Notes under the pieces: generated by a model | Seen by the model: only the letters and a program-made list of their open reading frames with translations | The model's database searches: none | What the model was told of the DNA's origin: nothing | In this document: positions 8,817 to 15,913 of the stretch, piece after piece | How positions within the stretch are numbered: position 1 is the first letter of the stretch | Layout of the letters: the number at the start of each line of letters is the position of its first letter | Program-made: the position numbers and the translations under genes | NCBI GenBank assembly: GCA_025839675.1 | Contig: CP104013.1 | Span: forward strand, 3,810,001 to 3,842,000 | DNA from: Candidatus Lokiarchaeum ossiferum | GTDB lineage: Archaea > Asgardarchaeota > Lokiarchaeia > Sigyniarchaeales > Promethearchaeaceae | Length of the DNA stretch: 32,000 nt | Direction of reading: 5' to 3'

Positions 8817-9467
8817 ATGAAAATGGAGCAATTACTATTAAAACTAAAACAATCGTTACTCATTCCAGTAGTTGCTGTTGATAATTTAGAATCTGTAATT
8901 CCCTTAGCACAAATCTTAGAAAAAGCAGGAATCAAATTTCTCGAAATTACCTACCGCAATGAAAATGCTGGGAAGGCACTTCAAATATTGAAGGAACAAC
9001 ACTTTGATCTAACCCTTGGAGCTGGCACCATTCGAACTCTGGATCAAGCTAAGGATGCGATTGAGAACGGGGCACAATTTATGGTCAGTCCGGGCTTCAA
9101 TCGTGAAATTATTCAGTACTGTCATCAACAAGATATCCCTTTTATTCCAGGTGTCGACTCAACTTTAAGTATTGAACTGGCTGTTGCTGAAGGTCTGCGA
9201 ACCTTAAAATTCTTCCCTGCAGGAATATCGGGCGGTTCAAAGTGGTTAAAAGCAGTCAAAGGCCCTTATTTTGATATCAAATTTATCCCTACGGGCGGTA
9301 TTTCCATAGAAAATTTGGGTGATTATGCGAGTTTATCTAACGTTGTTGGGATTGGGGGATCTTTTCTCGCGCCCAAATCTCTGATAAACCAAAAGGATTG
9401 GGATCAGATCTTCACTATATGCGTTGAAGCCTTAAGCATTGTTAACAAACTAAAGAATAAGGAATGA
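8817..9467 (+). CDS. eda: 2-dehydro-3-deoxy-phosphogluconate (KDPG) / 4-hydroxy-2-oxoglutarate aldolase
   Basis: Colinear with E. coli Eda: LEITYRN (cf. LEVTLRT), GAGTIRT...GAQFMVSPG, Schiff-base lysine context LKFFPA, and PTGGIS...GIGGS. Confidence 0.9.
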   Translation: MKMEQLLLKLKQSLLIPVVAVDNLESVIPLAQILEKAGIKFLEITYRNENAGKALQILKEQHFDLTLGAGTIRTLDQAKDAIENGAQFMVSPGFNREIIQYCHQQDIPFIPGVDSTLSIELAVAEGLRTLKFFPAGISGGSKWLKAVKGPYFDIKFIPTGGISIENLGDYASLSNVVGIGGSFLAPKSLINQKDWDQIFTICVEALSIVNKLKNKE

Positions 9468-10513
9468 AAAAAATGGGTCAAAACTATATAGTAACCCTCG
9501 GAGAAATCATGCTCCGACTGAAATCTCCCGGACACGAAAAACTCTTGCAATCACCATCCTTGGAAGCTACCTTTGGAGGGGGTGAATCAAATGTTGCGGT
9601 GTCTTTAGCGAATTATGATTTGAATGCACGCTATGTTACAGCTTTGCCTGTGAATTCCATTGGAGATTCTTGTGTGCAATTTTTACGATCGATGAATGTG
9701 GATACATCCTGCATTATACGCCAAGGGGATCGAATAGGAGTTTATTTCTTGGAAATAGGTTCGGGTCCCCGTCCATCAAAAGTGATCTATGATAGATCCC
9801 ATTCTGCCATTTCAGAAGCGGGGATCGCAGATTTTGACTGGGATGGTATATTTAAAAACGCTAAATGGTTTCATATCACAGGCATCACTCCCGCTCTCTC
9901 TCAAAAAAATGCTGATCTGTCTATTTTTGCGGTAAAAAAAGCCAAGGAAAAAGGATTGACTGTGTCGTGTGATTTGAATTTTCGGAAGAAACTCTGGAAG
10001 TATGGCAAATCCGCCCCTGAAGTGATGGCTCAGTTGATGCCCTATATCGATGTGGTGATTGCCAATGAAGAAGATATTCAGAAATCTTTAGGAATGTCTA
10101 TAGATCAAAAAATTGGAGGATCTAAATTATCAGCAGAGAAATATGAAAATCTAGCTCGCCACTTGTTAACTTCGTATTCAAATGTGCAAACTGTCGCTAT
10201 TACCCTAAGAGAAAGTTATTCTGCTGATCATAATGGATGGGCCGCTATAGGTCTCTCCCGTGGGGATTCTCACGCAGTCTTTTCAAAAAAATATGATCTT
10301 AAGGATATTGTAGATCGCGTTGGGGGAGGGGATTCTTTTGGAGGGGCTTTAATTTATGGATTATTTTCCAAGAAGCCTCTTCAAGATGCTCTTGAGTTTG
10401 CTGTAGCGGCTTCCGCTCTAAAACATACTATTCCTGGGGATATTAATCGGGTATCAATTGCGGAAGTAACTGCATTGATGCAAGGGGATAGTTCTGGGAG
10501 AGTCCAGCGATAA
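9464..10513 (+). CDS. kdgK: 2-dehydro-3-deoxygluconokinase (PfkB-family sugar kinase)
   Basis: N-terminal VTLGEIMLRL...FGGGESNVAVSLA and C-terminal VDRVGGGDSFGGALIYG (PfkB signature 2). The start overlaps the eda stop as ATGA. Confidence 0.85.
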   Translation: MKKMGQNYIVTLGEIMLRLKSPGHEKLLQSPSLEATFGGGESNVAVSLANYDLNARYVTALPVNSIGDSCVQFLRSMNVDTSCIIRQGDRIGVYFLEIGSGPRPSKVIYDRSHSAISEAGIADFDWDGIFKNAKWFHITGITPALSQKNADLSIFAVKKAKEKGLTVSCDLNFRKKLWKYGKSAPEVMAQLMPYIDVVIANEEDIQKSLGMSIDQKIGGSKLSAEKYENLARHLLTSYSNVQTVAITLRESYSADHNGWAAIGLSRGDSHAVFSKKYDLKDIVDRVGGGDSFGGALIYGLFSKKPLQDALEFAVAASALKHTIPGDINRVSIAEVTALMQGDSSGRVQR

Positions 10514-10562
10514 TTTTTTTTTATTTAATCAAAAATAATTCATTAAATTATTGGGAATCGCA

Positions 10563-11705
10563 ATGGGAACTAGAAAAATTAAATACGGTTTAGCTGGGTT
10601 TGGTTTAAATGGTTGGGGACACATCATGGAAATAAAATTTGGGCCCCTTTTAAGAGGAAGGGCGGAATTTATTGCTTGTTTTGATCCTAATCCAAAAAAT
10701 CAACAAAAACTCTCAAAACATAAGAATGTAAAAATTGCACAATCCTTTGAAGATTTACTTGATACTCCGGGGATGGACGCAATCATTGTAAGTTCACCTC
10801 CCCAGTTTCATGCAGATCAAGTCGTGGCTGGTTTAGAAGCTGGAAAACATGTGTATTCTGAAGTTCCTATGGCTTTGAATGAAACTGAAATTGAACGGAT
10901 CATAGCAGCCGAAGAACTATCAAGAAAAAAATACCAATATGGAGAAAACTATACTTTTTTCTCTGAGGTGTTATACGCAGGAAATTTGATCTCTTCGGGG
11001 AAGATAGGTCCAGCGGTTTATGCAGAGAGTGAATATCTACATGATGTCACCTATCGGTGGCGACAAGGCTTTATGGGGGGTCCTGAAACACCTCGAATTG
11101 AATCCTGGTATTCATTGATTGAGCCTATGCAGTATGCTCATACAATTGGTCCCGCACAAGTGGCTCTTGGCGGAATTGAATCTCCCGCTCCATTTATTGA
11201 AGTAAAAAGTTATATTAATTCAAATGGGGGCTATCAAGGGGATCCGATTTGTCGGCCTTCGGGTTCTTTCCAAGTGGCATTGTTTCGAACCGAAAATAAT
11301 GCTGTCGCAAAGTGTGCTAATGCTTTTGTGATCGCTCGTGAACCGACTCGGATGATGATACAAGTGATTGGAAGAACCGGTTCCTATGAATGTTATCAAA
11401 TTGGGAAGCCTGGTCGGCAGTTTATTGCTGATGGGCATAAAATCACCCGTTTTCGTCATCGAAAAGGAAAAGCGAAACGCGTGGGTAAATTCCAATTGTC
11501 AAGAAATGTTCCTCTTCGCTTAGGAACCTATCATGGAGCCCAACCCCGAATTATGGATAATTGGTTTACTTCCATTGAAAAAGATTTGATACCCGCACTA
11601 AATGCAAAGGTGGCTGCTAATATGTGCATGGCGGGAATATGTGCTGCAAAAAGTGCTCATCAAAATTCTTCAGAATCTATTCCGGTCTATAATTCGAAGC
11701 ACTAG
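10563..11705 (+). CDS. Gfo/Idh/MocA-family NAD(P)-dependent oxidoreductase
   Basis: N-terminal Rossmann segment KIKYGLAGFGLNGWGH, and the EVP motif (HVYSEVPMA) typical of the family's EKP region. The ATG at 10563 is preferred over the track's TTG at 10551. TAG stop. Confidence 0.8.
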   Translation: MGTRKIKYGLAGFGLNGWGHIMEIKFGPLLRGRAEFIACFDPNPKNQQKLSKHKNVKIAQSFEDLLDTPGMDAIIVSSPPQFHADQVVAGLEAGKHVYSEVPMALNETEIERIIAAEELSRKKYQYGENYTFFSEVLYAGNLISSGKIGPAVYAESEYLHDVTYRWRQGFMGGPETPRIESWYSLIEPMQYAHTIGPAQVALGGIESPAPFIEVKSYINSNGGYQGDPICRPSGSFQVALFRTENNAVAKCANAFVIAREPTRMMIQVIGRTGSYECYQIGKPGRQFIADGHKITRFRHRKGKAKRVGKFQLSRNVPLRLGTYHGAQPRIMDNWFTSIEKDLIPALNAKVAANMCMAGICAAKSAHQNSSESIPVYNSKH

Positions 11706-11816
11706 TTTTTTTTCTAAATGAACGTTGATTTATGAGGATGCATTTCCCATCAAGTAAGTTTTAATAGGTCAAATTTCATTTTTATGTTGTATTAAGTATA
11801 TGGAGTTAAATGATCT

Positions 11817-12104
11817 TTGTCCCAACCAGTAAAAAATTCAAAGAAGGAATCTCTGAAATTGAAATCCTCGATTTTAGGACCATTTTTAATGGGATCTATT
11901 ATCTTAGTTGCCCTAGTTTTGATCCTTTGTAATGAATTATTCTGGGTAGAACAAGTAAATGCGGATATTCGACAACTTCCATTGGAATTGTGGTTTGTAT
12001 TAACCCCTGGAATCGTAATGATGGGAATTTTATTTATTTTAGCATTAACTCGGTTGAAATCTACCCATAAATCCGAATCTTCAATAAAAATTGACTCGTT
12101 ATAA
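11817..12104 (+). CDS. Possible small two-TM membrane protein (start uncertain: TTG at 11817 or ATG at 11889)
   Basis: Two hydrophobic helices (GSIILVALVLILC, FVLTPGIVMMGILFILAL). It is fully overlapped by an antisense ORF (11792..12109) whose third codon positions coincide, so one of the two is a shadow. No homology recognised. Confidence 0.3.
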   Translation: MSQPVKNSKKESLKLKSSILGPFLMGSIILVALVLILCNELFWVEQVNADIRQLPLELWFVLTPGIVMMGILFILALTRLKSTHKSESSIKIDSL

Positions 12105-12266
12105 CCCATTTCAAGCTATAATTAAAAGAATGATCAATATAAAATTGCTCTTCAGTTTTGAACAAATTTGGTCCTTTTTCAAATGGATTAATCAAACTTA
12201 TCAACTTAATCATAGAATTTGATGAAAATTGATTGATTTTTAATACATAATTAATAAAAAATTACA

Positions 12267-12276
12267 TTTTAAATAG
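12267..12276 (+). promoter_or_regulatory. TATA-like box (ttttaaatag) for the MFS transporter gene
   Basis: Centred about 28 nt upstream of the ATG at 12299. Confidence 0.4.
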
Positions 12277-12298
12277 TCAAGGATTGAGATTTATAGTA

Positions 12299-13624
12299 AT
12301 GGAAGCTATAAAAGAACCTAAACAAAGAAAATTCTCTCGGTTCCTTCTTTTGCAAGCCCTTGTGATTGGGTTTATTAAAATGGGTGAATCAGTATTCTTC
12401 TTTTTTGAACAAAATTATCTCAATCTCTATTTAGTTCAGGTACTCAATAAAGAGGCAATTTTTGTTTCAATAATGGTTTCAGTCTCGGCAGTTATGGGAT
12501 TGATTCTCCAATTTGTATTTGGAATTATCAGTGATAATACTCGGACGAAATATGGTCGTCGACGACCTTTCTTTATCTTTGGTGGGATCCTTGCGGGGAT
12601 CTCCATGATTACTTATGCATTTTCAGGCAGTTATATTTTGTGTTTGATTCTAGACGGCATTATAATTGCTATTGGAACTAATTCCTATCTCGCAGCCGAA
12701 AGATCTTTGATACCTGATGTTTTTGAACCCGAATACCGAGGTCGGGCAAATGGGATAATTTATATTCTTGGGAATATAGGATTGGTAATTGCGTTAGGGC
12801 TATTTTTAGTGTCTGAAGATCTTTTCGGATACGATATCGAGGTCGGAAGTCAGACAGTTACATACATCAGTCAAGCAGGGTTTATTGCTTTACTTTCAAT
12901 TGGGGGCGGTTTTATTATATTGGGAGGTATTGTTGGCTTTCTTTTTGTCAAAGAAGCAAATGTTTCGTCTTTTCCCCCCAAGAAAAAGATTAGTGAGGAA
13001 CTTAAAGAAACTTTTCGTATTAGTGAACTGAAAAAACACAAAGAATTCGGTAAAATTATTATCGCAATAGTCGTATTTCGAACGGGAATTTCTGTAATCA
13101 TGCCTTTCCTTTTCAATTATATCTTGGGTTTACCAATGGATGTCGTTCAGTTATTAATAGCAATAATGGTATTATCTTTTCCTCTCGTGTTTGTCTTTAC
13201 GTATCTAATGGGCAAATATAGTGATAAATTTGGAAGAAAGAGAATGATTCCATTTGCTATTTTATTCGTTGCCATTGGGACTGCCGTTACACCATTGATT
13301 GGATTAGGAGACAATTTTAAATACTGGCTTGTATTGCTTTGCTTCCCCTTTGTCATGATCTCCATACTTGGTTTTGATGGGTCTATGGATACTTGGTCCC
13401 AAGATTTGCTGCCAGAAAATAAACGGGGTCAATTTAATGGAATTCTGAATATAACTTTTACCGTTTCACAGATCATCGGGGCTTTTATTTCTGGATTAGT
13501 TGTCGATACACAAGACCCAACTACTTGGGGGTTGATTTTCCCCATTGGTGCGATCTTCTTTGTCCTATCTATTCCATTATTCATGAAAGTTAAAGATACT
13601 TTGAAGAATGAAGATGAAATTTAA
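12299..13624 (+). CDS. MFS-type (GPH/sugar-like) transporter, about 12 TM
   Basis: Polytopic hydrophobic profile. The loop motif GIISDNTRTKYGRRRPF after TM2 and a second copy, GKYSDKFGRKRM, after TM8 match the MFS D-R/K-x-G-R-R/K signature. The ATG at 12299 is preferred over the TTG at 12284. Confidence 0.85.
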   Translation: MEAIKEPKQRKFSRFLLLQALVIGFIKMGESVFFFFEQNYLNLYLVQVLNKEAIFVSIMVSVSAVMGLILQFVFGIISDNTRTKYGRRRPFFIFGGILAGISMITYAFSGSYILCLILDGIIIAIGTNSYLAAERSLIPDVFEPEYRGRANGIIYILGNIGLVIALGLFLVSEDLFGYDIEVGSQTVTYISQAGFIALLSIGGGFIILGGIVGFLFVKEANVSSFPPKKKISEELKETFRISELKKHKEFGKIIIAIVVFRTGISVIMPFLFNYILGLPMDVVQLLIAIMVLSFPLVFVFTYLMGKYSDKFGRKRMIPFAILFVAIGTAVTPLIGLGDNFKYWLVLLCFPFVMISILGFDGSMDTWSQDLLPENKRGQFNGILNITFTVSQIIGAFISGLVVDTQDPTTWGLIFPIGAIFFVLSIPLFMKVKDTLKNEDEI

Positions 13625-13808
13625 GTTATTCCTTCTCAGAAATTTTTATTTCCTTTTTTTTGATCCACTTTTTGTTTATGCAAAATAATTAGAAAAAAAC
13701 TTCACAGGATTCTCAATCTTCATTTATCATTAGTTTCTAAGGATAAAATGAGGTCCCCTTATATTTTCTTGTGCTTCTTTATTAAAACTCCAACTGTAAC
13801 AATTATTT
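13578..13808. repeat. Direct repeat, copy A. Contains the genuine 3' end of the MFS gene, the T-rich intergenic region, a 55-bp copy-specific insert and a relic of a surface-protein 3' end
   Basis: Hand alignment. 13578..13702 aligns to 15732..15856 (125 bp, no gaps, about 11 mismatches). 13758..13808 aligns to 15863..15913 (51 bp, 4 mismatches). The relic reads IIVTVGVLIKKHKKI* on the minus strand, against IIATVGVLIKKNKKI* in the real gene. Confidence 0.85.
13654..13673 (+). terminator. Oligo-T tracts (T8 ... T5) downstream of the MFS gene, candidate archaeal-type terminator
   Basis: T8 at 13654..13661 and T5 at 13669..13673, which is 30-50 nt after the stop codon. The same tracts are conserved in repeat copy B. 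Confidence 0.45.
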
Positions 13809-14099
13809 TTGATTACATAGACATGTTGGATCATCGCGATTCTTCTCCTATGAAGTATTGGGTAGCCTACTCCGAGTGTTCTTGCATATCGTGAGCAATC
13901 TGGATCTGATCAACCAGCATTCCAAAAATGGCTTCTAACCTCATATAATACACCTTAAGATCGCTTATCGGAGATATATTCCGAGAATGTGAAATGTTGG
14001 AAATTAGTTTGTCTGGACAATCCTACTTGAAAGATTCGTTATTCAAAATTAATAGTACAGCAAGACTTAAACCAAAAAGAATTTACACTCAATTGATAA

Positions 14100-15392
14100 A
14101 TGGCGAAAAAATGTCAGTTTTGCGGAAAAGATTTAGAGATTATCCCCTTTAAATGCAATTATTGCAAATTGGAATACTGTACAGAACACCGTTTACCAGA
14201 AAAACATGAATGCTTCGGAAATTTTAAAAGAAACGTTGTTTCTCTTTCAGAAAAGCGACACAATTCGCCTCGAAAAGAACAAAAAAGGCTCTATCAGAAT
14301 GAATTTGGCATCTCTAATCAATATACTACTTTTAATAGGAGAGAATTGATTATACCTCTAATTATTGCTTTTCTAATTAATCCTCTAATGGATCTTGCAG
14401 CAAGTGGATTTTTTTTGTGTATAACTCGGTTTTACCCAGTTTTTATTTTAAACCCCATTTTTTCTAATTTAATTCAAATTATATCTCAGATTTTTTCATT
14501 GATCATAATTTTGCTTGTAACCAAACCCGTATTTTCTATTAAATTCCGAAATGAAGAAGAATTTACTCCAAAAACATTAGGAAATTCTCTTAAATTCTTT
14601 CTTTCGATGATCTTCATAGCCACATTCTTACTTTCAAATCCAATTTCGAGTAATAACATTGAAACAGATCCACAATCTACTTCGTTAATTCTGGATTTTC
14701 TATCAGCAGTGATTCTCGCGCCTATTATGGAAGAATTAATTTACCGTGGGATGCTAATTCCTTCCCTAAAACAAAATGGACTTAGAAATACAGGTGCAGC
14801 GTTTTATTCTGGTTTTGCTTTTGCATAGATGCATTCACCAGGTGAAATTCTATCAGGATACTCAATTTATTTCGTACTTTTGGGAATGTTAAGTAGATTT
14901 GTAGGGGGTGTTGTAATCAGCTTTGCGTATATTCATACAAAGAATCTACTTTCCCCAATACTTATTCATTCATGGTGGAATTTAGTTGTATTGATAAGAA
15001 CTTTTCCTAGTAATTACTCATCTTTGATTGATGATATTAGTTTTTTTATGCTCATTTATAGAATCTTGTTGATTATTAATATTGCATCCATTATTTATTT
15101 TATATGGATGATAATTGCACGATTTACACATAGAAGAACCGTTTGGAGCGATTTGGATATTAATTTTATTCATCCACCAAATTCTCGACGTTACTACATC
15201 AATATTTTGGGTTTAATCACCCTTACAACTATTTGGATAATAATTTTAAACAACTTATTCGATCTGATTGAGAATTTTGAACAAAAATTAGTATTTCAAA
15301 TCATTTTTCAAGTGATAATACTTCTAATATCAATGATTATTCCTATATTGATAAAAGTAAAACAAAGAAAAATGCAATCAATGTTCTTATGA
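14100..15392 (+). pseudogene. AN1-type zinc finger fused to a CPBP (CAAX protease / bacteriocin-processing) intramembrane metalloprotease, interrupted by one in-frame TAG at 14826..14828
   Basis: N-terminal CQFCGKDLEIIPFKCNYCKLEYCTEHRLPEKHEC is a C/H pattern of AN1 type. CPBP motif 1 is EELIYRG (end of ORF 14100..14828). Motif 2, F-x-x-x-H, spans the stop (FA*MH). Motif 3, H-x-x-x-N, is HSWWN (ORF 14829..15392). The two track ORFs are contiguous and in the same frame. Confidence 0.75.
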
Positions 15393-15621
15393 TTATTAGA
15401 AAATTTATCAAGCAATAATTATCTTAATAAAAAATCTTTTTTTCATGACATCAAAATAGATTCTGAGTGATTAATTGATTCACTTCAATTTCTATGAGAA
15501 TTCAAATTCGCATAACATTTTTTTTAACAATTCTAATTTATAATTGGTCAAAGATACGTAGAAAAGGCGTAAATTATACCTTCCAAATCACTTAAGGGAT
15601 AACGAATTTAAAGGAGTTAAT

Positions 15622-15679
15622 TTTTTTTCATTACATTTCTTCAAGACAGTTTCAAACCACCCTTGAGGTGATTTTAGGG
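15622..15679 (-). pseudogene. Relic of the 3' end of an FAD-oxidoreductase gene (paralogous to 23860..23917)
   Basis: Gapless hand alignment gives 47/58 identical nt, including exact 12-mer and 10-mer blocks. The minus-strand reading ..SPQGWFETVLKKCNEKK compares with the real C-terminus FPQGWFETVWKKFNEKKIY*. Confidence 0.6.
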
Positions 15680-15731
15680 TTACGATTTTAGGGGTCCTCG
15701 TTCAACAAAATAAATCACTGTTTTTGATCAC

Positions 15732-15913
15732 TATTCATGAAAGCTAAAGATACTATGAAAAATGAAGATAAAATTTAAGTAATTCCTTCTCAAAAATTCA
15801 TATTTCCTTTTTTTTGTTCCACTTTTTGTTTATACAAAAAAATTAGAAAAAAACTTGGTCGTCTTATATCTTCTTGTTCTTCTTTATTAAGACTCCAACT
15901 GTAGCAATTATTT
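15732..15913. repeat. Direct repeat, copy B. Contains a relic of the MFS 3' end (FMKAKDTMKNEDKI*), the T-rich intergenic region and the genuine 3' end of the surface-protein gene
   Basis: See copy A. The relic ORF is cut off by a TGA at 15725..15727. Confidence 0.85.
15847..15853 (-). terminator. Oligo-T tract (T7 on the minus strand) just downstream of the surface-protein gene
   Basis: A7 on the plus strand, about 11-17 nt beyond the stop at 15864..15866. Conserved in copy A (13693..13699). Confidence 0.4.

Noticed and set aside
11792-12109. 105-aa minus-strand ORF (MGYNESIFIEDSDLW...) fully overlapping the plus-strand two-TM ORF.
   Set aside because: The two ORFs share coincident third codon positions, so one is a shadow of the other. 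Its N/K/D-rich composition is what the antisense of a hydrophobic TM-coding frame would give. I cannot decide rigorously, so the plus-strand ORF is listed at low confidence only.
13830-13940. GC-richer patch in the left part of the cassette, considered as a tRNA, ncRNA or integrase remnant.
   Set aside because: I could not fold a cloverleaf and found no T-loop (GTTCGAATC-like) or long stems. The only ORFs are about 25 codons long (for example, MRLEAIFGMLVDQIQIAHDMQEHSE*) with no recognisable motif. It is left unannotated.
14826-14828. The in-frame TAG in the CPBP gene as evidence for genome-wide UAG recoding (for example, pyrrolysine).
   Set aside because: TAG terminates at least five well-supported genes in this window at positions consistent with family lengths (stops at 515..517, 5823..5825, 11703..11705, 23851..23853 and 25863..25865). 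No pyl genes are visible here. Recoding therefore remains only an unsupported alternative to a nonsense mutation or a sequencing error.
15541-15570. Possible relic of the ABC permease 3' end (ttggtcaaagatac versus ttggttaaagccac), next to the FAD-gene relic.
   Set aside because: Only about 60 % identity over ~20 nt in AT-rich DNA. The spacing to the FAD relic (78 nt) is not colinear with the real locus (40 nt). This is indistinguishable from chance.
13578-15913. Calling the repeat-bounded cassette a bona fide mobile element.
   Set aside because: There is no integrase, transposase or recombinase gene, no terminal inverted repeats and no tRNA target. Only the direct-repeat topology is observed, so it is reported as a repeat-bounded insertion or rearrangement scar rather than a mobile_element feature.
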